64,000 nucleotides of DNA from Yuukianura sp. NJ FZ-2021 (taxonomy: Eukaryota). Position numbers and translations under genes: made by a program. The stretch lies in the NCBI GenBank assembly GCA_046563655.1, contig CM102285.1:186001-250000 (forward strand), read 5' to 3'. Under the pieces are notes generated by a model. It did not search any database. It was given only the letters and a program-made list of their open reading frames with translations, and was not told the origin of the DNA. This document shows, piece after piece, positions 1 through 11,973 of this stretch (position 1 is the first letter of the stretch; each line of letters starts with the position of its first letter).

Positions 1-1650
1 TTTGGTAATTGAGTTGAAAGTTTTGTCACAGTATTTACATTTCCTGATGACATTTGAATGAGTAGCTCTTTTATGGCGCCTTAGCTGAGCCTGAAAGAGA
101 AAAAAAATTATAGTCAAATCAAAATCAATTTACTAAACACAGATCGTTTCAACAACGATTAGGACTACGTTCACTTTTTCACTAAAAATTGTTTGTACTA
201 AACCCTTACCTCAATGAAATATGTTTTTCCACATTCATCACAAGCTACTTCCCTTGGAACTTGAGGATGTTTTGATTGGTAATGTTCATTCAGTTGGTTG
301 TTTTTTGCAAAGGAGTCATTGCATGTTGTAATATGGCATCTATATATAAGATATGGACGTTGCAAATGAATACGGCGAAAATGATGACGGAGAGACAGTC
401 GACTGCTATAAGGTTTTCCACATATGTGACACTTTGTTTTGCTCCGTTTTTCATTTTCTGCCAGCGGATCAGATTCTGATAAAGAAATTCAAATCAAATT
501 AACGAGTGATTACATTGCCAAATTGCCATTAGATTTCAAAGAGATGGAGAGGGACAAAGGTTCTTATAGCAAACAAAATAGTTTTTCGTTAACAGGTTAG
601 GGAATAACTACATTTTTCGATTTTTCACAAAATCTCACAGCTAACACTTTTTTCCGCCAATCCCAATGTACAACATACAAATCATTGCCACGACAGAAAA
701 GAACGAACGGTGAAAAGTTTTGCTAATTTTTTTAAACAAAATTTGAGAAGTTTGAGTTATTGCGTAAGTTATTAAAGAAAAAACTATTTACTTGTTCGCG
801 AACCTTGGTGAGTGAGACGAAGCGATTAATAATGAAATTACCTTGCATGGCAGAACCCTCATCACGGTCACAAAACACTTCTTTCTGCTCCGAGTCGTAA
901 ACTGTGTGTTTAGTTTCTTCGATAACAGATGCTCTAGAATTCCATTGCTGATATTCATTTGCTCTGCTCCTAACTGGATGCTCGGGTTCATCAGATGATG
1001 TAAAATGTTGATCCAATGGATCTGCCTCCTCTTCTGCTCCAGAATCCACTTCTACTTTTATCGGTTGGTTACAAGTACTTTTGAGATTCAGTTCTTTAGC
1101 CAATGCTAGAATGATCTGTTGCGGATCTTGTTCGGGGTTCGATCTTCTCGCAAGTCCCGTCAGCTGACCGTAGTGCTTGGCAATTGAATCCAGAATTTCC
1201 TTCTTTTGGAGTTTCACAACTCGTTTTAGATCTTGTATCTTCTTCATTGTGTAGTCAATGTTCAACAGTGCTTGGAAACACTTTTTACAGTAGAAGCCTT
1301 GTTCAAACGTTGACTTGTAGCGTTTGACATTCACGGCTAAGGCGTTACATAACGACTGAGCCCGACTCTTCTGCCATTGCTTAAGTAATCGTTCATTGGC
1401 TTTAGTTGACTTGGTCGTAGTAATCCAATTGTAGCATTTCTGGCCACATAAAAGACAGCGACAGGGCCTTCGGTTTCGTCGGTGGTGTGGTGAAGAGGTG
1501 TCGGAGTCTTGCAAATCGTCAGATTCATCGACGTTGTCATCCGGCAGAAAATCGTTTGGGTTTAGTAATACTTCCGCTCTAAAATGGCTCTCACTCTCTT
1601 CCACTTTGCAACCCGAACTCGTTCAGCTGAATCAACCTCCATTTTCAAAT
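1..1650 (-). CDS. ZAD + C2H2 zinc-finger protein (partial, runs off the window's left end); exons ~842-1650, 210-475, 1-90
   Basis: ORF 732-1604 has a CLLC...CKKC zinc-finger-associated-domain pattern. Spliced downstream exons read KCHICGKPYSSRLSLRHHFRRIH, CHITTCNDSFAKNNQLNEHYQSKH, CDECGKTYFIE|AQLRRHKRATH, CKYCDKTF. GT-AG junctions keep frame. Start codon unresolved. Confidence 0.85.
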
Positions 1651-3005
1651 CTGTAATGAAACATACGAGTTAGTAAGTAGCGGTTATCTTTGGTGTTAAG
1701 ATTAAAGAACAATGACCTCACCATTTGCTTTTCAACTAGGAGCAGACCTTTAGCAGGAGCTAAACGTTTGCCCTCCGTTTCATGAACTTGTATCAGCTGA
1801 CAGATACATGGTAGTGGTACAGTATAAATGTCAATTCAACACAATGAATTACTGGCTATAAGATGACTGTTACCCGTAGTAGTTGTGACTTCCGGTTTAT
1901 TCCGGAGGAAGAAGGACGATTCCCTGAGATTCCTATTTTGCGAAACTAACTAAATTAGATCTCTTTTTTATAATGAGAATTTACCAAATTCTGCTGAATT
2001 CCAGTGGGGGAGTCCATTCCTCGGATAAAACAGATCGTCGGAAGCAGATTCCGCAGAGTCTGCGGCGCAGACTTTTACGAGGGAACATTTTCGCAATACA
2101 CGGAATCTCCTATCGGCACCCTAACTGCTGTAAAAAGCAAAAGCTCGCATGGATTTTACTCATGTTGTTGAAAACTGTGATAGTATGTTCAAAGTTTTGG
2201 TTAAAGTTGTCAACTCGTTGCAAGTATTTTTGGATTCGATTTTGATTTATTGACATTATTTGTTTTTATTTTGAGTGTAATTTAAAACATGTTGAACATT
2301 TTACTAAAGTTTAACATGATTTAGTTATAAACTATTTTCATATTATATCATTTTATATCATATTATTTATAAACTATTTAGTCGTTTTATTTCCAGCTTA
2401 TTTTCAAAATCGTAGTAAAGTCCCGCTACAAAATCGTAAAAATTGTTTACCAAAAACGCAGTTTCTTGTTTATAAGATCGTAAAATTTTGTGGGTTACGC
2501 ATATGTTTATGCTTTTGTTTTTGTTTTCTTTCTTTGTTTTTGTGTTGTATTGTTTTGTTTTTCTACATGCAATAAAATATTTTGGCCAGTAAAAAGTTTC
2601 CTTTCGGTTCAAAAGTTTTACGAAACGGTGAAAACGGGATTTTACAATTTTGGCATTATGACCTCTCCGCCTCTTAAATTTTAACAAGCAAAAATCTAAT
2701 TTTTAAAACCCCTTACTTTTTTTTTTTAAATTTTGTTTTTTTGGTTTTCAGTCTTTTTCTATTGTGCTTTTTTTCAAATTTTTCAAAATTACTTTTTGGA
2801 GAATACATGTGTATTCTAAACTTCAAAAGAATTCAGGCGAAAAAGTGAAAGTGTTGAAAAATTTTCACTTTTGGGATTGTAAAAGTTGAGAATTGAGCAT
2901 ATGGGCGTCAGTCTACTGAAGTGCATAACGTTAAAGTCGAATTGTTAACGTTACTCTACGCCTCATAATGTTAAATTAACCTAGTAAATTAACCCAGATT
3001 AACCC

Positions 3006-3264
3006 CAAGGTTTGTTGACTTTGATTTTCTTTAACAGGTTGAGTAATACCTAATGCTTTTTCGATTTTGTAAAAACAAAAAAAAGCGCGTCTTTCATGAT
3101 GGTATCGCGGTCATAACAATACAGCCGAACTTCTTAAATCTTATGTACGAATTTGTACCATTTTTTTTGGATTGGTATCAATTGTGTTTTTGATTCTTTG
3201 TCAACAAATGAGGTAGTACTCAACCTGTTAAAGAAAATTCATTTTTCGTTGTCAAGGAACCTTG
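3006..3264. mobile_element. MITE, CAAGG...CCTTG-ended family
   Basis: Termini caaggtt.../...gaaccttg with internal IR tttctttaacaggttgagta / tactcaacctgttaaagaaa; 9-bp flank duplication gattaaccc/gattagccc. Same family at 26977, 27842 and 42897. Confidence 0.75.
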
Positions 3265-3277
3265 GATTAGCCCATTT

Positions 3278-6200
3278 TTAGAGATACAGTTTGCCATTTG
3301 ACTTGCGCCGTAGTTTGTGGAAGGCGTCCATTGGTGACGTTGGTGAGTTTTGGAGCGGCGCATGACTCTCGTCTAAACTTAAAATATTTGTCAGGGACTT
3401 TGGCCTCAGTATTTTGTTTCTTGCGCCTCCCAGAAGATGCGCCGTTGGCGCGGATTGCCCATGCGCCAACAGATTTCCCGAACTAAGTCTATGATGGTAG
3501 TGGTTGTAAGGCTGTGAAGATTGGAAATATCGCACAACGTTTGAAAAACCGTGACCTTGACCTTGGCCTGAAGAAGAACCCCTTGACTCTAAACTACTTC
3601 GGTTCAAGTCGTTCATCGATTTGTACCGGAAGTCGAAGATCGGAGACCGCCGGAACAGGATTCGGTTTGAGGGGGATCCACTTATACCCCCGGGGGTCGC
3701 TTGACCTTTGACCCCTTGAGCCCCCTCCAGCAGATTATTTTGACTGCCTGACCGTCTTTTGACAAATAAGTGCTTCTTTTTGCCTCTGCGCATGTCAAGC
3801 TCCTCCCCACTTCCGGCACTCGTCGACGAAGTATTGAGCGGACTACTGCCAGTACTGCCCAGTTGATGTGCTGGCGCGTGGTAGTGATGGTTACCGGTCA
3901 TCACCATGGTCACATGTCTGCCTTTGACCTTTGACCCATCAATGACCTTGACCTTTGACCCTTCGATGACCTTGACTTGAGAAGTTTCGTTGACCTTTAG
4001 CTTGTGTGTCGGTATTGTTTCGATGGGGGGTGGTTCGGGTCTGTCGTCGGTTCGGTTCGTCAAAACGATATCCGGATCGGTATTTAGACTGATTGTGATG
4101 AGAGTAGTGTTGCCAGTGATGGGTTGTGGTTGAGGTTTGACTCCTCTGACATAATCGTATATTTCGTCAATGTCTTCGTAGTCTGTGACATCAGGGATTT
4201 CGTAGTTGTGCCCCCCGGGGTCAACCGAGGTCAACGTGGAGGGGTCAGCAGAGGTCAGCAGAGGAGTGGACGAGGAGAGGTAGATCGGCGGAGTGTAGGA
4301 TTTCCATTGTCTCCCATCAAATCGCAACTCCTTCTTCAGATTTATGTCGTAAATCTACAAAAATCATAAAAAGAATCAAAGATCGAGTCATTAACATCAT
4401 TTTCACAGTGTTCCTAATTTTACTTTAAACCATTTTGAATTTAACTCGATTAATACTGGCGCGTATTACTATTTACTTCTAGAAAAGTCAAGATTAGATG
4501 AGGAAATCACACAAGTGTATTTTCCTTTTTTATGGAAATTTAAAAAATTCCAAAACATTCATTTTTAAAAACAGCTTCTAACTTTCTACAGAAGGATTTT
4601 TGGAAAAAGTCAGGATTAAGCTAACAAATTCACTAAAGTGCATTTTCCTTTTTTATGGAAATTCAAAAAATTCCAAAATATTGATTTTTTAAAACATTAT
4701 CACACCTTCTAATTTTCTACAGAAGGATTTTTGGAAAAAGTCAGGATTAGGCTAACATATTAACTAAAGCGTATTTTCCTCATTTATGGAAACTTAAAAA
4801 ATTCCAAAATATTGTTTTTTTTTCCACAGTGGTGCGAAAACAGATTCTGATTTAAATTCTTCATTAAAAAATTGATTAATTTATGGTATTAATCACACCA
4901 TACAGGCTTCTAGCTCTGATTTTTATACAACGCTAGTTATTAACAGCTTTCACGGAATGTTGTTTAAACCATCTGGTAATTACCGGTAAAATCGACTGAT
5001 TCATGGTATTAATCACACCAGGCGTGTTTCTAACCCTGACTTTTATGCAACCTTAGCTTTTAAGAGCTTTCACTCTCGTTATTTAACTGGGTTGAAACGT
5101 GATGATTAGGTCAACTCATTTTTGAGAGACGAAGATCATAACTTTTTCATAACTGCCTCTCACGTCCACGTCGTTATAGCATAACTTGTGCTCCAATTTC
5201 CAAAAGTGTTAAAGTGGTGATGGCAAAATGAGTTAACATTTCTCAAAGTGCACAAAAACGACAGTGATGAAAAGTTTTGGCAAATTTCCACCATCTCAAA
5301 AACTTCACAAAAGAAAATCCAATTGAAAACGATGAGGAAAAAACTTTGGTCATTAAAATTTGAGCGATTCAATTATACAAAGAAACTTCAAACCATAATC
5401 GTCCACGAAAAAAAGTGAAAATGCATCTCATTTTTATAGTTTAAGTGCGTGTCTTGCGTCATCAAAAGAATTTGAAATTTTGAAAGTTTAGTTTTTGAAA
5501 AAAGTTGAATTGAATTTGAATTTTTTTGAAAAGAGAGAAAAGGCTTAGGAGGGATTTTGAATATCAATGGATTCAAAATCTTGAACAGACTTCTTTTAAA
5601 AATGGATTCTCAAAAGATGAAACGTGAAAAAGTAAAAGATGAAATCCGAGATGAGCTTAAGATTTTAGTTAAAGATGTCGAGGGCGGAAAAAATTTTTTT
5701 CAAAGAGTTCAAGTTTGAATTTGAATAAATTTTTAGTACGGTTTTCAAAAAGTTTTGCTTCTTTTGTTGTTTGGTTCCAAATTGTCTACCGTTTCCTTTG
5801 AAATGATGCGGGCAGAAACGTTTCTCAATTGAAATTTGATATTTTTTGATTCTAATCATCGTTTTTTATCATGGTTCAATTCAACTTTTAAGAAGAAGTG
5901 CTTACTTGAATGAGATTTTTGGCTTGATCTGTCATGGACTTGATTTTGTCGTAGAGGCGACAGAATTCTTTGGTTTGCTGCACTTCGTCCATGTTGCGAC
6001 ACAATTGAAACTTCAGGGGAACACTCAACGGCAGTGGAATCAGCCAACAGTCCTTGTTCTGTTCAAAAAAACAAAGCTTTCAAAATTTTGACAAAAAACA
6101 GGGTTCGAAGGCTGTAACTTACGTCCTGTAACTTACGTACGTAAGTTACGTAATTTTCAGAGGGGTTGTAATTTTCGAAATTTTCATTCTTTTGAATTTT

Positions 6201-9200
6201 ACGCGGGAGGGAGACAGCGTAGGAGTCAGGGGAGCGGGAGAAGTCCAAAATAACAAAAGAGCAGTGATTTAGGTGGTTATTTTTTCGGTTTTTTCTCGAG
6301 CAGACTGCTCGAGAAATACCAGGATATTCTTCGAGCAGTCTGCTCGAGAAATACCAGGATATTCTTCGAGCAGTCTGCTCGAGAAATACCAGGATATTCT
6401 TCGAGCAGTCTGCTCGAGAAATACCAGGATAATTCTCGAGCAGTCTGCTCGAGAAATACCAGGATAATTCTCGAGCAGTCTGCTCGAGAAATACCAGGAT
6501 ATTCTTCGAGCAGTCTGCTCGAGAAATACCAGGATATTCTTCGAGCAGTCTGCTCGAGAAATACCAGGATATTCTTCGAGCAGTCTGCTCGAGAAATACC
6601 AGGATATTCTTCGAGCAGTCTGCTCGAGAAATACCAGGATATTCTTCGAGCAGTCTGCTCGAAAAATACAAGGATAATTCTCGAGCAGTCTGCTCGAGAA
6701 ATACCAGGATATTCTTCGAGCAGTCTGCTCGAGAAATACCAGGATAATTCTCGAGCAGTCTGCTCGAGAAATACCAGGATATTCTTCGAGCAGTCTGCTC
6801 GAAAAATACCAGGATAATTCTCGAGCAGTCTGCTCGAGAAATACCAGCATATTTTTCGAGCAGTGTGCTCGAAAAATACCAGGATATTCTTCGTAGCTTT
6901 TCTTTCTGTTGTTTTAACTGGCTGTTATTGAAATGCCACGAGTCAGAGATCCGATTTGGAACGATTTTGACCTTAAACCAAACCCGGGCAGTAAGATCCC
7001 CTGGGCAAATTGTAAGTTGTGTGATTGGAAACATGCAGGAATCCCGGACAGGATGAAATCACACTTACAGAAACATCAAAACGTTGGCAAAGACTCCGAA
7101 TCAATTGGGCCAAGTACGTCATGTTCACTTTAATATTTTCAGAGTCTAATTGTTGAGAGCGAGCTGCGAGCCTGAGGAAGAGTTAGATGTGATGGCAGTG
7201 GAATAATTAGTGTTATGTTTCTCGAACTATTTGTGTTAATTGCGTTAAGTGTGTTAGTTTAGTCTTAAAAATAAAATAGTAGTAAATATTGTCTACCGCA
7301 GTATATTTCTATCAGGCCTTGGTTTGATTTTTAACGCAATTAGATAGTAGATATTAATAGTTTATGGTTTGGGGATGGGAGTGGGGTGCAGGCGGCTTGT
7401 TTTGAAAATTACAATCTTACGTAGATTACGTAAGTTACGATAATAATAATACGGATTACGTAAGTTACGTAGTTTTCGGCAAAAATACCGTAATTTTCGA
7501 ACCCTGACAAAAATGGTTCAAAACAAAAGTTTTTCAAGGATTTTGAATTTCCACGATCAGTGACTGAGCAGTCGAAAGTAACAATGCAATTTTTGTATGG
7601 AAAAAATTTAAAATTTAATTTTTTTTATTTTATCAGAAATGTTTTTAGATTTTTAGTACCGGCGGTAAAATTATGAAACTTCAAAATTTTGAAAACAAAA
7701 CCCTGGGAAAGGTTTTTTTTAGAAATGCAGTAGCGTCTTTTTGAATTTCAAATTGACATAAGTTTAAACTTTAGTGTCGATGCAGTTAGGTTAATAAAGG
7801 GAATGTGGGCCATGCGCAGTAGCAAAAAAAATCCTGGGCGCATGTACTGTTGTATAAATCCGTTTGAAATTTAAATTAAATTTTGGCGGGTGATCCGTTA
7901 CAAGGCAGAAATCGATACGATAGTCAATTGAACTCTTTTGCAATTGAAATGTCACGATATGGACTTAAGAACTCTGATACTTTAATCCATTCTTCTACAA
8001 ACCATTTCTCATATTCAATTTTCAAATTTTATGCTTCCGCATTTCAAACATAATGCTAACTGTAAAAACAAATTTAGTGCCTATTTTTAAAAGTCATAGA
8101 ACTTCAATTTTTTAAATGCGGCAACATGACTATGAATTGAAAAACTACCGCATTTTTTTTTAATTTTTTTTTTTTGAAAAGTAACAGTTTTTTGTGACAG
8201 ATGCAGTTTAAAAATTTCTATTTTAGTATGTAGAGTTGCGGTTGACTTGCAATTATTTTGGCAACTGCATAAACAAATTTTTTGAAAACGTGAATCAAAT
8301 TTTTTACTAACTTTGTGGGAATTTTATTACATTTTCTTGCAAAAACCGCAAAAGTCCAGTTAGAGGCAACCTAATCTGTTTTAATTTCTTTTATGAAAGT
8401 ATGAAACTATTCCTGCAAATCCAAGAATTATGAGAAAAAAATCCCGATAGAATTTTTCAGATTTGCTCCACTTTTCAAATTATGAAACTTGGAATATTAA
8501 AAAATTTGGATTTTGTCTTACTTGACTGAGAGGCATGGCAAAAATGAGCTCTTCGTCCATTGTGCAGAGCAGACGCAGTTCTGGAACAAATTTAAAAGTG
8601 GCAGATTTTGTGGGTGGGGCCAAAGGTGGCTTTCCGTCCACCATCCGCACCATCATTGGCATCCGCTTTTTCAAAATATTTCTGTTCAAAATTTCAAAAG
8701 TTACCAAAATCAATAAACAGCCACAATTATGAAATAATGCCAAAAGTTTAAAAAATTCGAAACCGTTTTCGCTACTTGAGTACAGCCAATCTTATTTTAT
8801 TCTTAATCCTCTCGCTTTGAATTTTTTTTTGTCTAGGCTGTAAATTCTCTGTATATTTTTGACTATCGAACATTATCTCATGTGGGGATTTTTGCTGTTG
8901 ATCAATTTGTCATGTGGGACTAATTGCTGTTGACCAATTTGACTTACTTTGTAGTATGGACACCACTAATACTGTCATGGCGTGCAAGCGGACTGAACTT
9001 TCCTTTTTGGCTGAGGCTGAGATAAACCGTTTGTCCGTTCGAATCGAAACAGCGCAAGTACCGATTCATTTTGTTTCGACATGGCACTGTCACTTCACCC
9101 ACTAAAACCAACACTTCACCACTCGGAACCACTCGGGTTTTGTCCGAAATCCCTCCGGTACCGACTCCATCCGAACCGGTTTCACTCGTCGGTCGGTACG

Positions 9201-9615
9201 CCTTGATCGGTTCTCGAACTAAACAGGAGTCTGGGAACTTTTGCAGAAGAGTTTCGACTGAACTGAACGGGGCCACGCACTTGCCGTCTTCACTTAAAAT
9301 TTCAAAGTGACCAGCATATGACCTTGGGATGGCCAGGGTGGGGCCGAAGGGCGTGACCTTGCCGTGACCTTGACCTTTGACCTTGACACATTGAGCGGCT
9401 ATAGTTTGTTGTCTTCCCACAGAGTACAGAAGGAGGTGGCTCACGACGTTCTGGGTGGGAAAGGAGGCTGGACCCACATTTTGGTATTGACCGCGAGCCA
9501 CTTTGACCAAAACGGGAAATTTCCCGGTTTTTACGATTTCGCCCAAGTACGATCCCTCGTCGGCCCACCGCGCATGACCCACCACCTCTGTGACGTCACT
9601 ACGTGGGGCCGTCAT
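3278..9615 (-). CDS. CABIT-domain protein (Serrano/GAREM/Themis-like) with low-complexity Tyr/Pro-rich C-terminus; exons 8948-9615, 8522-8681, 5906-6058, 3278-4354
   Basis: Motifs FPVLVKVARGQY, IPRSYAGHFEILSEDGK, FPDSCLVREPI, YLRCFDSNGQTVYLSLSQKGKFSPLA, LRLLCTMDEELIFAMPL. Four exons join in frame at canonical GT-AG sites. The tail has YEIP/YEDIDEIYDYVRG and PPPIETIP motifs. The ATG at 9615 may not be the true start. Confidence 0.75.
4483..4820. repeat. ~120-bp degenerate tandem repeat (~3 copies), intronic
   Basis: Recurring aaaagtca(a/g)gatta...tttcct..ttatggaaa..aaaaaattccaaaa blocks at ~4483, ~4606, ~4736. Confidence 0.7.
6099..7506 (+). mobile_element. Non-autonomous hAT-type element with BED-finger transposase remnant and internal tandem array
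   Basis: TIR cagggttcgaa...ttcgaaccctg; 8-bp TSD acaaaaaa/acaaaaat; subterminal ttacgtaa motifs at both ends. ORF 6933-7133 (DPIWNDF...ANCKLC...DRMKSHLQKH) matches a BED zinc finger. Confidence 0.85.
6295..6892. repeat. 35-bp tandem minisatellite (~17 copies) with palindromic core
   Basis: Unit cgagcagtctgctcgagaaataccaggatattctt, core tcgagcag-t-ctgctcga; units abut with no unique spacers. Confidence 0.95.
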
Positions 9616-11564
9616 GGCAACAGTCAAGCTATGACGACTCTTGATCCAAACGTCAACGATAAGTTCAGTAGTGACGAAATTTTGAAATTTTGTTGTGAAA
9701 TTTTGAAGTTTGGAATTTCAAATTTCGTAAAATTTCAAATTCAAAAATTCCCGCCTGAAGGGTTTGTCCATATCAATTTGACTTCCGCTGTGGACGGTTT
9801 TTCTCATCGGCTTGACAGTTTTTGAAGGTTTTCTGAATAAAGACATGTGGAATCTGCAAGTCATCCAAAAATTACAAAATTATTTTCTTACTTTTCAAAA
9901 ATTCTGTCAGAAGCAAAAGTTTCCATTTTCACTTAATTACTAAACCTTCACTTTTGGTTTTAAAAGTACGACTGTTTCAAGGTATTTTGTGTCATGCGCC
10001 GTTCATTTCAAAGATAATCAACTGACGCGCAGGCGTGAAGGAAACTCCTCTTTCTTTCTGCTTTAATTTCAAATTCAAATTTTTCCTCTACTGATAGTAA
10101 GCACAAACTCGAGTATTTTCAAAAATGGCAACCACAATTTCGTCAACTTTTTGACAAAAATGCTTTTCTGACCTTTCTATTATAACAGAAATGCTAAACC
10201 CGAAGCCATAAATGATACAAAAAATATAGAATTGAGGCCAATTTGGTTTCTGAGGTCATTGGCTTCTGTGCAAAGAGTCTCAAGGTCAATGACCTTTAGA
10301 CGCAGTTTATTCAATGACCTCTGGCCTCATCTAAACAAGAAAAAGTGATGTAATGATTTATGTAAGTGATGTAAGTCACTTACATAAGTCATGTAATCTT
10401 ATGTAAGTTATGTAACCTATGTAAGTACAAGTTAGAAACAATGTTGGGAAAGTTGGGAATTGACTCGGAGGGATATTTATGTAAAAACCGTTTGAATTTT
10501 TGGCGGTTCGTTTTTCCCGCGCCGCGGGGCAATGTGAGACAATGAAAAGAAAATGCTCATCATCTCCATTTTTTTACTTTCAACTGTCTGTCTGTCTGTT
10601 TTCTTCTTCAGGTTAAGTAAAAAGGAAGAAGCACAGTGAAATAAATTTGAAAAAAAAGGTGCGAGAATTCAAAAAATTTAATTTACTTTGTTAACTCTCT
10701 TTTTTAGTATTTGACCTTGGCAATGGAATTAACAAAAACACTTTTGGTCACTCATGACCCTCACTCAAAATCACGAATGATGCACGATTATTTTTACTTT
10801 TAAGAAGTAAACGCCCATGCGTCAGGGTCAGTTTAAACTTTAAGTGGGAAATTCAAATTTCACTTTTTAAATTTTTTTGGCGCCATTGTCATTTTAAATG
10901 TTGCCGAATGTTGTCCAACCTACTCCCTTCAACTTGTCATCACATATCTCACAACGTCATGCAAAATTTAAAATGCTTCCGTACTCCCGCCTTTTTAATT
11001 ACAAACTTTTAATTCAATTTTCATTTTCGCGCCAGGGGTGTCATGATCCTGATTTGAAAAAAAATCAAGCTTGCAAGCAACTTGGAAAAAAAAACTTTGT
11101 TTTTAAATTTTGACACCTCTTGTGCGATAAAATTAATTCTCCAGCGTTTTCCATTGTACTGGAGACCTATCAATCAAATTTGAAATTTGGGCGGGAAGAT
11201 TTAAAAAGTTAAAAAAAACTCTCAATTTTTTACTCACTTTTTATCACAAGTCACAAATTCAATCAACAACAAACACGATTACAAATTACAAAAACAAGAT
11301 TTTTTATGCATACTCCAAACTATTTTTGTTTGTAGCTCTCAAAAGCGCCAATTTTAAAAATGTTCAAAAAAAAAAACCTCTCAAACAGTCACTCAATTGT
11401 CATAATTGTATTCTTTTTGTGACATAAGGACATGACACACTAAAAATTTTAATAGTACGTTTTCAATTTTCAAAATCATTTAAATTTTCACACCTTGCAA
11501 AAAAAGTAAAACACTAAATGCTATACCTTCCATCAATCATTGTCAATTACGTCGAAATGTTTTA

Positions 11565-11973
11565 CAAGTGTTTTTTAATTTGTGTCCAAGCCATGTATAA
11601 GAGCGTAACGGAGTTGGCCGGAGTTTGGATGGCGGGAACCGAAAATTTGAACGGTTGACTATTCAGCTGAGGTGACAAAGGTGTTCACACCAGGTCTTGT
11701 TTATTCTCATCCTTTTACTCATTCTTTTATTTAACTTATTCTTATTGTTAATTGTTTTAAAGTATTTATTAATGACGTTAATTGTTAAAACAATTGACTA
11801 AAGTTAAGTAAAAGAATGAGTAAAAGGATGAGAATAAACAACACCTGGTGTGAACACCTTTGTCACCTCAGCTGAATAGTCAACCGTTCAAATTTTCGGT
11901 TCCCGCCATCCAAACTCCGCCCAACTCCGTTACGCTCTTATACATGGCTTGGACACAAATTAAAAAACACTTG
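11565..11973. mobile_element. Foldback MITE (~170-bp near-perfect inverted arms)
   Basis: caagtgttttttaatttgtgtccaagccatg...ttattctcatccttttactcattctttta is mirrored at ~11805-11973 around an AT-rich spacer. Confidence 0.85.

Noticed and set aside
6295-6892. CRISPR-like array of 35-bp palindromic repeats, and ORFs 6063-7034/6269-6850
   Set aside because: Units abut with no unique spacers, there are no cas genes and the context is eukaryotic. The ORFs are translations of the repeat.
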